Part shown: piece by piece, positions 22,248-33,286 of the stretch
Layout: every line of letters begins with the position of its first letter
Position numbering within the stretch: position 1 is the stretch's first letter
Position numbers and translations under genes: made by a program
The notes under the pieces: generated by a model
The model's database searches: none
What the model was told of the DNA's origin: nothing
Seen by the model: only the letters and a program-made list of their open reading frames with translations
Source: Asterionella formosa
Lineage: Eukaryota
DNA: 49,887 nucleotides
Direction: 5' to 3'
Assembly (NCBI GenBank): GCA_002256025.1
Contig: NKIB01013925.1
Location: forward strand, 1 to 49,887

Positions 22248-24697
22248 ATGAAATTCCCATCGGCTTGTCTCCTGCTAGGCATCATGGCCGCAAAGGCCTT
22301 TGTGCCGATGAAAGCAGGGAATAGATTCGCCAGCCTGTTGAAAATGTCCGAAGACCGAGGATCGATTACTCGTGGAGATACTCGAGGCGCTGCGCTCTTG
22401 GTCGAGGATGTTTCTGTCTCCAGAGGAGATACACAGATTCTCACGAAGGTTCAATGGCGCGTCGAACCGACTGCAAAGTGGGCGCTCGTAGGAGCAAACG
22501 GAGCTGGGTGAGTTACAGAACACTGGCAAAGTCAGACCAGAACAATTTTAATTCATCGATTCTGTGTTTCTCGTTTCCTTCAATTTTGAGTTCGTGCTAC
22601 TCATTTAAAACCATTCTCTCTCAATCGAAACACTGTCTTGTCTGCTCTCGTCCTAACCAATCTGAACCAACGCCCACTCTATTTCAGAAAGTCAACTCTT
22701 CTCAAAACATTAATGGGAGAACTATTTGCGGATGATGGTAAAATTATGGTTGGGACAACCCAGCAGGTGGGATATCTTCAACAGACTGCCGTGAGTGGCT
22801 CTGACCGCACCATCTTTGAAGAAGCAGCATCTGCCATGACTGCCATTGCTAATGCTCAGGCTGCCTTAGAGAAGGCAACCATTTTGGTGGGCGAGGACCC
22901 ATCTGAAGAACATTTGAATCAATTGACCGAAGCCACGGAAGCATTTGAAGCTGCTGGAGGGTACACACAAGAACAAGAAGTCGGAACTGTGCTTAAGGGT
23001 TTGGGCTTTAAGGATATTCACAGAAAGTGTTCTGAACTCAGCGGTGGTTGGCAGATGCGAGTCTCTTTGGCACGCCTTTTGTTGAGCAAGCCATCCCTTT
23101 TGTTGCTTGATGAACCCTCCAATCATTTAGATGTTAATGCACGACAATGGCTCGGAAACTACCTCAAGAACTACGATGACGGAGCCATGATTCTGGTGAC
23201 TCATGACGTTGACCTTTTGAATTCCGTCTCGCACATTGCCGAAGTCCAAGCGGGAACACTAATGACATACAAGTCCTGCACATACGAGCAATTTTTAAAT
23301 GAAAAGGAGTTTCGTGCCATGGCGGCCCAGAATGAATATCTGCGAAACAAAGAAAAGGCAGACAAGCTGCAGGCATTTGTTGATCGATTCGGAGCTAGTG
23401 CAACCAAGGCGGCGTCGGCGCAGTCTAGAGTCAAAGCATTAGAGAAAATGAAAGCAGAAGGTCTATTGGATGCTCCACCAGAGGCTGTTATGCAAAAGCG
23501 TTTCAAGCCGACGCTGAGACTGCCCCCTCCTCCTCGGTCAATCGGAGAAGTCTTAATGGCCCTGGAAGGAGCAAAAGTTGGCCACGGAGAGAAGACCTTG
23601 GTGTCCAATGTTAATCTTGAGGTGAAACGAGGAATGAAGTTACTCCTGAGAGGCCCAAACGGAGTCGGCAAGTCAACCATTTTGCACTCACTTCGAGGAA
23701 CCCTTCCATTGCAGGCTGGGGAGCGAAATACTAACGAACAACTCCGGCTCGGCGTCTTTACTCAGGATCTCGCTCAGGAATTGGATGCGAATTCTCGAGC
23801 AGTCGACCTTGTGACCGCATACGCGAGGCAAGATGATATCAATATTTCCGATCAGGATGCTCGCAGCGTCATGGGAATGTTGGGCTTGACAGGAAACAAG
23901 AGCATTCGAGAGATTAAGAATTTAAGTGGAGGTGAAAAAGCACGTGTGGCATTGGCCATGTTCGCGATGAAGGCAAGCAATGTGATTCTTTTGGACGAAC
24001 GTAAGTTATTCATTACATGCACTCTGCCTCACTCATGATAAAAAAACTCACACGTTTGTCATGGTACGGAACAGCTTCGAATCACCTAGATGTGGAGTGG
24101 TAAGTCCTCGGATTTGTGGTTCATTTTCCGTTAATCATCTGAATCCTGAAACCTAACGCAAGCTTTGGGTTTTTTGACAGTATTGAAGCTCTTGGTGAAT
24201 CCCTTAGTAGCTGGGGTAAGGAGGATGGAGCAATTGTAGTCATTTCCCACGATCAAGAATTTTGCAAAATGATCCCATTCACTCACGTGGGAACAGTTGA
24301 TGGGGGCAAGCTTGTTTTGGAAGAGCGCGAAACGCGACCGTCGGACTGGGAGCTCTTTGATGGCATCGCTGACACTATTGGAGCAACTCCTAGTCCAAAT
24401 GGTGAAAGCACCGGAGCGAGGAATGATGTCACAAAGGCAACAGTACCAAAGAAAGAACTTGACCCCAAGATGCGAAAACAAGCATACAATGCGCCAAAGC
24501 GAATCGAAAAGATTGAGCAACTGATCAAGCAGGCAGAAAAGAATATTGAAGATTTCGACAGTGAAATGATTTCAATTGGAAGTGATGTCGTGAAATTAGC
24601 TGAGTTTTCAAAGAAGAAGATTGTAGCGGAACAGAAGGTGGCGGAGCTGATGAAGGAATGGGAGGAACTGGAAGAGCTCCTTGCTGTGGTCGCATAG
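22248..24697 (+). CDS. ABC-F family ATPase, probably plastid-targeted (exons 22248-22507, 22688-24000, 24075-24099, 24181-24697)
   Basis: Two ABC cassettes (GANGAGKST / LSGGWQMR / LLLDEPSNHLD and GPNGVGKST / LSGGEKAR / LLDEPSNHLD), no membrane domain, C-terminal coiled coil. Signal peptide followed by 'AKAFVP' resembles the ASAFAP motif. Confidence 0.92.
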
Positions 24698-25901
24698 AGA
24701 ATGTTTTATTTAGTATTTAGCCTGATAGTTTTACATGCCAGGCCTATGCCCAAGTTAGCATTGATCATTGTGCTTGTGCTGGCAATATTTTGGAGGAACC
24801 TTATTTTAGTCATACACAGGTGTCAAAACAGAAAAAATGACTTGTTTGTTCGTTGGGTTAGACCGGAAACAATTCAAATTCTGGTTCGTCCTCCTTCCAA
24901 ATTAATTTATGGTCACGATGAGGAATATTGCAGAGTACATGTGGTATCTCGCATAATAAGATCCCGCAGTAGGTCATATCACAAATCACACCATGTATAC
25001 GACTCAAGTCTAGCTATTTTAGAATAGTGAGCGATAGTCTACCATGTTACGTAGCTTTGACCGAACCCTCGTCGGCTCCTGTCCTCACAGTACTGGTAGC
25101 TTGGAAATTAGACTAGCGGCAATGACTTGAGCAAATGATAGCTCCTATATCAATCATAGGTATAGATGTACGGCTTGTATTGCTATTTCTACATCCAAGC
25201 TGCGAGCGAACATCCCTTGATTCTTCTCATTATGCATACTATTGCCGATAATATCCACTTTCTACTGATACCAATGGAATACTGTAAATAACTACCGGTA
25301 TAAATATTTTTTTAAAGTTGATGGAGTGATTAGCTGACGTTGCCTGTCATTTCAATTGAAGTACAGGTACCAGGTACCCATTGACCCTGTTACCCTCGTG
25401 GATTCCCAGGTTAGTTGCACCAATAGAGTAATAGTTATTCTTTTGTCATTGCAAGTCATAAATTTGAAGCAAAGCGAGTATAAATTGGGCCGGGATCCAA
25501 ATCACGTTCTTTTGGTGTTCTTTCTTCGTATATATGTGTACGTCTACTTATATTTCCATAAATTATGATACAATAAAAACTACAGGTATATTTGAATTGA
25601 GAAGAGTCATATATCATGTGTGTGTGTTCAATTTCAAAACTCCTTACCTATGTGTACTGTACAGTGCGTGACTGGGTGCAATCTCTAGTCCCACATGCTT
25701 GTGAATGTGTGTTCGCCTGTTCGCTTTTTCTTCTTTATGCAATGAAAATGTCAAGTAGACTGTGTACCTGGTAAATACAAAACCTAAATCGTGGAAACAT
25801 GTTCCGTACATTCATCATCTACCTACTTCTCATCGCTTAGTACATTGTATTACTTTCGAGCATTTCCATCGTTGCCGTTGATAAAAAGTCTACTCTTTGA
25901 C

Positions 25902-27101
25902 ATGCATGTTGTATTGATTGGAGGCGGGCATGCACATTGCCAAGTGGTTAAGGCCCTGAACAAACAAAATCGCCCATCGGACGTCGAGGTGACTTTGATC
26001 GACTGTCAGCACACTGCTAGCTACTCCGGAATGGTCCCTGGCTGTGTGGCCAATCTTTACAAGCAAGAAGAAACCCAGATACAGTTGGTTCCTCTTTGTG
26101 AATGGGCCACTGTTACGTTTATCCATGATGAAGTAGTAGACATTGACCTCGAAACAAAGCAAATCATTCTCAAGAGCAGAGCAGAGCCTGTTTCGTTTGA
26201 CGTTCTCAGTATGGATATTGGAAGCACTTCAAGAGGTATGAATGAAATCCTAGGAGTGGCAGAGTTCAGCATACCCACTCGACCAATTTCTTCGTTGGTC
26301 ACAAGAATTGAAAACGCGGAAAAGATATTGATAAGCAAACAGCCATCAGATGTGCAGATTATCGTCGTTGGTGCCGGTGCTGCAGGTATTGAGCTCGCAC
26401 TTTGCCTACGGGCAAGATGGGTGCCTCTAGTTGTATCTGGGCAGTTACGCTCGCTGGCAGTGATGATCCTAGACGCTGGTGAGGAATTGCTACCTAATGA
26501 AAGCCCCGGATTTCGGACGGCGCTTGGCAGAAATTTAAACAAGCGCGGAATTGTTGTCAAGCATGAATGCACAGTTCAAGAAATCGAACCAGGAAAGGTG
26601 ATACTCGATGTTGGGAGGGAATTGCCATTCACCCACTGCATTTGGTCTGCTGGTGCTTCATCACATACACTTGTTTCATCAACACTCAAGGCCCGAGGAC
26701 TCGATGTGACGGATCGAGGATGGATCAAGGTCAATCAACAACTGCAAAGCACTTCACACCCGTTTCTTTTTGCAGCCGGTGATTGTGCTGAAATGGAAGG
26801 CCATCCTGTTCCCAAAGCTGGAGTATATGCTGTAAGGGCAGGACCGGTCTTGGTGGAGAATATAATCAGATTTTGTGTGCATCGTCCATTGACTTGTTAT
26901 GGACCGCAGAAGGACTTTCTTAAGTTGGTATCGTGCGGAGATGGGACTGCTGTTGGTATTAAGTTTGGCATTCTCTTTCAAGGTGCGTGGGTGTTGAAGC
27001 TCAAGGATAAAATTGATCAAAAGTTTATGAATCGATTCAGACCTGAAAAGCTTCCGAAGTCTACAGTTTCAAGATGTGAATCAACTTTTACTTCAAATTG
27101 A
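25902..27101 (+). CDS. FAD-dependent pyridine nucleotide-disulfide oxidoreductase of the type found N-terminal to SelD
   Basis: 'VVLIGGGHAH', 'YSGMVPG', 'FDVLSMDIGS', 'VVGAGAAGIEL', 'FAAGDCA', 'PKAGVYAVRAGP', 'LKDKIDQKFM'. The 3' end could be extended by an unseen intron. Confidence 0.85.
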   Translation: MHVVLIGGGHAHCQVVKALNKQNRPSDVEVTLIDCQHTASYSGMVPGCVANLYKQEETQIQLVPLCEWATVTFIHDEVVDIDLETKQIILKSRAEPVSFDVLSMDIGSTSRGMNEILGVAEFSIPTRPISSLVTRIENAEKILISKQPSDVQIIVVGAGAAGIELALCLRARWVPLVVSGQLRSLAVMILDAGEELLPNESPGFRTALGRNLNKRGIVVKHECTVQEIEPGKVILDVGRELPFTHCIWSAGASSHTLVSSTLKARGLDVTDRGWIKVNQQLQSTSHPFLFAAGDCAEMEGHPVPKAGVYAVRAGPVLVENIIRFCVHRPLTCYGPQKDFLKLVSCGDGTAVGIKFGILFQGAWVLKLKDKIDQKFMNRFRPEKLPKSTVSRCESTFTSN

Positions 27102-27354
27102 ATTGTGGCGGTCTACGATAGATATGTATGTTTTGGAAACGATTCGGCTAACACCGAATAAATAGTTTCTTGGGGGATCTGAAGAAATAGCTACTATTGA
27201 ATATATTTCCTGGACCACGGTACGACTAGTGCACGCTTCCGCAAGGAAATGCTCTGAACATGTGCTGCAATAATTCATCCTAATACTTTAGAAATATACC
27301 AGATTAGCGGCGATATTGTGTGAATACCACTTATATAGAGAGAGAGCCTTAACA

Positions 27355-28790
27355 CTAGACAATATTTGCTTCAGTGTTTCGAACACCAGGTCCAGAAACT
27401 GGTGTCGATATTCGGGTATCCACATCCAAACGAGTCGAGTCAGGTGCAGCTTTCTTCGTCTTCTTTTTGGCCTTTATGCTACCCATGCCAGCGCCTTCAT
27501 CTCGCAAGAGGTCGGCCACTTCGTCGTCCAAAACTCTGACGATGTATGCGAACTCCGGTCTTTTGGAAATATCTGAAGACCAGCATGTCTTCATCAAATG
27601 TGACCAAGTACGAGGCCATGATTTGTCAGGTTTGGGGCGGTAACCCTCTCGAATGACACGATCTGCATGCATCTTCGTGCTGTAACCCAGATATGGTGTA
27701 GTCAATGCACACATTTGCCAAAACAATATTCCAAAACTGTAGGCGTCGACTTTGAGATTATATGGTTCACACAGGGCAACTTCTGGTGCCATGTACCGCA
27801 ACGAACCAGTGTTTCCAGTTAAATAGTAAAGTCCATTATCTACCTTGTCCTCTGGATCAATTCGTTTCGCCAACCCAAAGTCAAAGAGTTTGACTTCACC
27901 AGAATTATCGAATCCGACATTGTCAGGTTTCTACAAGACGGGAAATTGCATACATGTTAAAGTCATTAATCCTTCACAAGATCACACACTTCTCCTGAAT
28001 TAAAATCAAAGCAACCAATAGACTCACCAAATCTCTGTAACAAATGTCTTGAGCATGCAAGTATTCAATGGCTTTGGCTATATCTCTTGCCACCATCAAT
28101 CGTTCCATCCAAAGCCTATGCAAAATGTGTTTCTTGGCACAGCAGTATCCGCAAGGGCCCATCCAGACCCCCATATTTTGGTGCACTTCAGTCCTCCAAA
28201 AGTTCATTTTTCGTTCAAGGGTAATGACCAATCGATCCAACAAGACAAAGTATTTTGATTCATATGGATCACTGTTGGCCGTTGCGCGCATGGTAATAAT
28301 GTTTGGATGCGCCAAGTGACTCAAAAACTCCGCTTCAATGGCCAGATCTACAACTCCTTTGGTATGTTCTTCGTCTGGAAGGTCTGTTCGCAGCGTTTTG
28401 ACAACGAATCGATTGTTGGGAGATTGGCCGCGACATTTGAGGGTAAAATCTTTGCGTAGTTTTGTTTCCTCGTCGGATGTATCATAAACATCATCTAGCT
28501 TGATCCCGTTAATTTCTGAGACGACACTAAACCCTCCTTTGCCAATCACTCGTCCAATTTGGAGTTCTGTTTCATTATTAAAACATGAGGCAAAAGAAAT
28601 GGTGAGACGACAATCATGATCCATGACGAGGCAAATGATGATATTCGACCGTTGGAGCTTGCTGACGTCAAATACATGGTAAATCCTCGTGTCTAAATAT
28701 ATATATATAGAAATTTCACAGGAAAAACTTACCGGAATATGCAAACTTCGGCAATTCGTCTCTAGCGACAGCAACTCCAAAAGTTGTCAT
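27355..28790 (-). CDS. Ser/Thr (TKL-like) protein kinase (exons 28790-28733, 28566-28028, 27930-27355)
   Basis: GKGGF loop, VVK lysine, YRDL|KPDN across an intron, DFG, 'GSLRYMAPEV', 'DAYSFG'. The splice sites restore the frame. Confidence 0.9.
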
Positions 28791-28993
28791 GTTTTCCACT
28801 AAACTGTTTGCTGTGTCTTGTTGCTTGTCGACTGCTGTTTGGGGCGATTGTAGTTTCGCTTTTCGAAGCATAAACAAACAATGACAGGAGAGAGAGGCAC
28901 AGCAAGGAAGAATGCTGCTTCAATTTCCCATGCAGTTCTTGCCATGTCTATTGTGTCTGGCCGTCGTAGCGATCGTGCGGTAGACTATCCGCA

Positions 28994-29081
28994 CCTGCAA
29001 GTTGCGGTCATTTACCGGCAATATAGGATAAAAAGAGCTAAAGTTTTAGTTTCAGCACAATCATTAACGCACCTTGCCTGG
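28994..29081. mobile_element. ~95-bp MITE copy A
   Basis: CCTGCAAGTTGCGGTCATTT...GATAAAAAGAGCTAAAG.TTTAGTTTCAGCACAAT...CTTGCCTGG followed by TA. Confidence 0.75.
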
Positions 29082-29250
29082 TACCAATGGTACTGGTAGA
29101 ACATACCTGGTACCAGGTAGTCTACTTTTTCACTGGTATATTGCTTCACCATCACATTTTCATTTTCATAGAGGCATTTTCTAGTTGTTCTTGTTGCACT
29201 ACCAGTACCGTACGGTACATTGATTGATCGAAACCACCAGGTACCTGGTA

Positions 29251-29350
29251 CCAGCAAGTTGTGGTATGTAATTGTCCTGAAGCTAAATAGTTAGTTATCT
29301 TTATCCCATATAAAATTGTTTATTCAAGCAAATTGATCACAAATTGCAAG
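29251..29350. mobile_element. ~95-bp MITE copy B (degenerate, opposite orientation to A)
   Basis: TA-CCAGCAAGTTGTGGT...ATTGCAAG-TA, embedded within a TACCTGGTA array. Confidence 0.7.
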
Positions 29351-29514
29351 TACCTGGTACCAGGTCCCACCCTTATTTAACAGCAATTACTGAAAATGAT
29401 CATGACTAGTAACTAGTATGCCTCATCCTCTCCTCCGAGTGTGCCATACCTGATCCCGTGGTTCCTGAAATATCCAACTCTCATAAAAGCACACACACAC
29501 AGACACACAGTACC

Positions 29515-31365
29515 ATGCTTCGACGTTTCGGGCAACATGTCACTGCCACCACGTCCCGCTACTTAACCACTCTTGTTGTGGTCCGTCCCACAGTAGCGCG
29601 CTACAACCATCCCCACCCCTCTGCTACTATAACATCATTATACGACTGCCGTTGCTTCTCCACACAACGGGTCACTGACGACTTGGTCGTTGCTATCCTG
29701 GGTCCCCCCAACGCCGGGAAATCTACATTATTCAATCGCCTCATGTGCAAATCCGCCAATCGGGCCTATCGACTTTCCTCCGACAAGAAGCGCCGTGCTC
29801 GACGAGGCCGACTGGGCATTAACATTGCCAACAGCAAGCCCCATGCGGTAGGGGGTGCTATTGTCAGTGCTACGCCAGGGACCACCAGAGATCGAAGGGA
29901 ATGCATCGGGAGGATTGGTGGGACTGTGTTTAAAATGGTAGACACTGCTGGCGTGGACGGAGAGCGCATTATTTTGAGCTCGAATCCGACCAGAAATCCG
30001 CTGGAAAAGGACATGATGCAGCAGACACTTTTAGCGGCGAGAGGTGCTGATTTGATACTCTTGATGTTCGACGCGAAAGTTGGCATTACTTCGGATTTGC
30101 TGGAAACGACGAGGTGGCTGCGCAAGATAAGTGGAGACGGTAAGAAGAGAGTGATGCCGCGGGAAATTGTGATATTGGCCAACAAATTAGAGGGAGATCA
30201 TTGGAATTACTTTGGATCAATGGTGATGGATCATCTCGATGATGTTTCTCGGGTTGGTTTTGGAGAAGCAATTCCAATCTCCGCAGCACATGGCGAAGGC
30301 TTATCTGAGCTTGCTACCATCATTGAAAGTTTAACACTCAAGAAACGAGCCGCCCTCGGATTACCAAAAATGAACGGTTTGGAAAATGACGACCGACTCG
30401 CTAATGATGCAGATAAGCCCCTGCAACTTGCCATTTTGGGTCGGCAAAATGTGGGAAAATCAACTCTGGTCAACGCGCTATTGAAACGCGAGCGAGTCAT
30501 TTGTGGACCGACCCCTGGACTGACAAGAGACGCTATTGCAATAGAATGGACTTGGAACAAACGACCCGTACAACTTGTCGACACAGCGGGCATCCGTCGG
30601 TTTGTAAAGCGAGATCACTCGGATTCGATTGAAGATTTAGCGGTTTTGGATGCCATGAGGGCGATGAAGGTCGCCGACGTGGCAGTACTCGTATTGGATG
30701 CCGAGGCTAGGGTTTTGCAGCGACAGGAACTGGCTATCGCCGATGCTGTAGTAAAGGAAGGGCGAGCGCTTGTGGTAGTAGCCAACAAAATGGATTTGCT
30801 GCTCGAAGCCGATTATACTGCCAAGGACTATGCAGACGCAGTTAGATTACAAATTGAAACTCGGATGCCAATGTTGCGTCAAACACCTGTAATTGCAATG
30901 AGTTCACTGACGGGGCAATATGTTGACTCACTAATGCCTATAGTGTTTAATGCGCGGGATCGATGGGCTCGAACCCTCTCCACGGGCCTATTGAATCGTT
31001 GGCTCCAGGAAGTTATTCTGGGGCAGCCGCCTCCACTGACCGCAGGTCGACCTACCAAAATCAAGTACATAATGCAGACCAAAGGACGACCACCGACGTT
31101 CCTTTTGTTTTGCAATGTAGATCAACTTCCGGTTTCCTACATCCGTTTCTTGATGAGAAACTTTCAAGATACGTTTGAATACTTTGGTATGGAAGTCCGA
31201 ATGGCAGTTAAAATGAGTTCAGTGAATCCCTTTGCCCACAAGGCGAAAAAACGAAATGGTTTTGGAATTGGAGGTCGGGATGCGAGAAAGAAACGTGACG
31301 TACATTTACTCAGAACAACAGGAACGACAAAGGTCAGGAGGCGCCGGCGTCGTCAAATATCTTAG
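29515..31365 (+). CDS. der: Ribosome biogenesis GTPase Der (EngA), probably mitochondrial
   Basis: Two GTPase domains (GPPNAGKSTLFN / PGTTRD / DTAG / NKLE and GRQNVGKSTLVN / PGLTRD / DTAG / NKMD), a KH-like C-terminus 'PPTFLLF', and an MLRRF... presequence. Confidence 0.93.
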   Translation: MLRRFGQHVTATTSRYLTTLVVVRPTVARYNHPHPSATITSLYDCRCFSTQRVTDDLVVAILGPPNAGKSTLFNRLMCKSANRAYRLSSDKKRRARRGRLGINIANSKPHAVGGAIVSATPGTTRDRRECIGRIGGTVFKMVDTAGVDGERIILSSNPTRNPLEKDMMQQTLLAARGADLILLMFDAKVGITSDLLETTRWLRKISGDGKKRVMPREIVILANKLEGDHWNYFGSMVMDHLDDVSRVGFGEAIPISAAHGEGLSELATIIESLTLKKRAALGLPKMNGLENDDRLANDADKPLQLAILGRQNVGKSTLVNALLKRERVICGPTPGLTRDAIAIEWTWNKRPVQLVDTAGIRRFVKRDHSDSIEDLAVLDAMRAMKVADVAVLVLDAEARVLQRQELAIADAVVKEGRALVVVANKMDLLLEADYTAKDYADAVRLQIETRMPMLRQTPVIAMSSLTGQYVDSLMPIVFNARDRWARTLSTGLLNRWLQEVILGQPPPLTAGRPTKIKYIMQTKGRPPTFLLFCNVDQLPVSYIRFLMRNFQDTFEYFGMEVRMAVKMSSVNPFAHKAKKRNGFGIGGRDARKKRDVHLLRTTGTTKVRRRRRRQIS

Positions 31366-31828
31366 CAAGAAAGATACGACAGGAGTGAGAACTTTTTTGA
31401 CCATATTGCTATAGGTTTAAGTCATTGAAATAACTGGATAACTTTCCAGATTTACATCGATGATAGCCGTAGAATGTATGCTTTCGATGTCTAATGCTTT
31501 TTTTTGGTTTTTCCTCATTGTCGTCAATATGGTAATTGACGCCGAATTCTACAGCACCCTCCTCCTATTTCATTATTTTGATAAGCAAAAAAGACTAGCA
31601 GCTGATTTATCGTAAGAATTGCCCATGTTTATTGGTTATTAACCTGATCGGATACTCTTACATTAATTTAAAAAGCCTAACTGCATCTGTCACTTACTCC
31701 ACGAAGGTGCCGAAACACATTTTGTCGATATTTTCCATCTTATGAATTTGGAAAGCATAATATTTACCTTTCCCGAACGAACGAGGACAAAAAGCTTATT
31801 TATATTCCATCACTGAAAAACAAGAAAA

Positions 31829-32797
31829 TTACAACACTTCACATCGAGGATAGTACCGATAACATACCGAGTCAGCTGTAGTTTGTAGAATTTGGGTAAC
31901 AACATTTGCAGGGCTCCTATTCTTATCCATTTGTAATTTGATCATTTTGGGTTCAACGAATCCCACATCTGACACGGGCAATACTTGTAGAACATCTGGT
32001 ACTTCAGTCGGTATATTTGAATAATTGTCATCATCCTGCTTGATGGAAATTAGTTCGACCCACATTGTCAAGGTTGTTGCAAATGCCTCATGGTCCATAT
32101 TCCACATCATAACTCCCGTGCCTTCTTCCGTCATGGCAACGATTGCATTGGGCTGCATCAAGGTCCGAATATCAACATCTATATTGGTTATTATCGCATC
32201 CGGTGGTAGTATCAGAATATAGGAATATACCGTACGAGATGCATCGGAGTGATTTGGTTCCAGTGCTTCCCGTTGTTGTTTTTCATGAATGGCTTGTATG
32301 ACGTGGGCTGCTTTGGGGTAATGTCGGCGTCCAATAATTTGCAAAAAGTCAGCATCCCATTGTTTGGCATAGGCTTGGTTGGGTCGACATGTTTGCTGGA
32401 TCCATGGTTTATTGTATTTGGTGGCTAATTGCACCACAAGGAGCGTGTTTTGTTGGCTTGCATCTTTCTTGCCTGTAACTTTAGGAGAGTAATGGTATAG
32501 ATCCCAGTTCCAAGTCTCCTGCCTTGTTCCTGACGATGCAATAACCAATTTGCCATCAAGTTGCAACAACGAGCACATGAATAGAACTGCAGCAATCACT
32601 GCAGCAAAACGCATGGCCCATTTCCCCGAAAGCAATGTCGTGACACCCTGCACAAGGACGGCTAGTGTCGTGTACCACAGTGGCAGTTGGTCGCAGCTAA
32701 CACCATGGCTGCGTTGATGAAAGGTGGAATAGTCCATTCTTGTCATTTCAAGTTCCAGTGGACTTTGATCCGTCCAAGGACGACGCCGTATTGACAT
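31829..32797 (-). CDS. Type II membrane protein, distant GT34/galactosyltransferase-like
   Basis: N-terminal TM helix; 'RPNQAYAKQWDADF', 'YSYILILPPDAIITNID', 'GTGVMMWN' echo the GT34-like layout. The family call is inference. Confidence 0.5.
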   Translation of the reverse strand: MSIRRRPWTDQSPLELEMTRMDYSTFHQRSHGVSCDQLPLWYTTLAVLVQGVTTLLSGKWAMRFAAVIAAVLFMCSLLQLDGKLVIASSGTRQETWNWDLYHYSPKVTGKKDASQQNTLLVVQLATKYNKPWIQQTCRPNQAYAKQWDADFLQIIGRRHYPKAAHVIQAIHEKQQREALEPNHSDASRTVYSYILILPPDAIITNIDVDIRTLMQPNAIVAMTEEGTGVMMWNMDHEAFATTLTMWVELISIKQDDDNYSNIPTEVPDVLQVLPVSDVGFVEPKMIKLQMDKNRSPANVVTQILQTTADSVCYRYYPRCEVL

Positions 32798-33016
32798 TTG
32801 ATACAGGCGGGTGTGTGGTATTCAGAAATGGCGTTTGGCAATTGAAATTAGATCTTGCTTGTCGTATGCTGGTGAACATTGATATTCGATTGCTCATTTG
32901 CGTTATTTCGAGGTTGATTTCAAATGCTCTAGCCTATCATTCCTTTGCTTCGTTCGTTGTTCGTCTCGGCTTGTGTGTATTCATCGCATCCGCATCATCA
33001 AATGTAGTATCACGTA

Positions 33017-33112
33017 CCTGCAAGTTACGGTCATTTGGCTTAAATAAATAGTTTAATAAAGGATGAAGATAGCTAAACGTTTTTAGTTTCAGCACAATTA
33101 CCTCAACTTGCT
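33017..33112. mobile_element. ~95-bp MITE copy C
   Basis: TA-CCTGCAAGTTACGGTCATTTGGCTTAAA...TTTAGTTTCAGCACAATTACCTCAACTTGCT. Confidence 0.8.
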
Positions 33113-33286
33113 ACTATATAGCACTCCGTACCATGCATGATGTTACCGCGCATCGAAACGTGTTATAAAGTCTGTTCAATGTGAAAACAAAAGTTGCTGC
33201 TGGAGAAAGTCATGACATCCCCTCTCTCCAAGCAATGATGCCAATCCCTTGCCTTAATTCCTGTACTCGTCCTTGATGACAACATC

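Noticed and set aside
21946..22251. Poly-His, poly-Asp or poly-Ser ORFs
   Set aside because: These are translations of the (CAT)14 microsatellite upstream of the true ABC-F start at 22248.
27099..27101. TGA of the SelD-associated oxidoreductase as selenocysteine
   Set aside because: Readthrough gives only ~19 non-conserved residues before TAA, with no redox motif and no SECIS that I could recognise.
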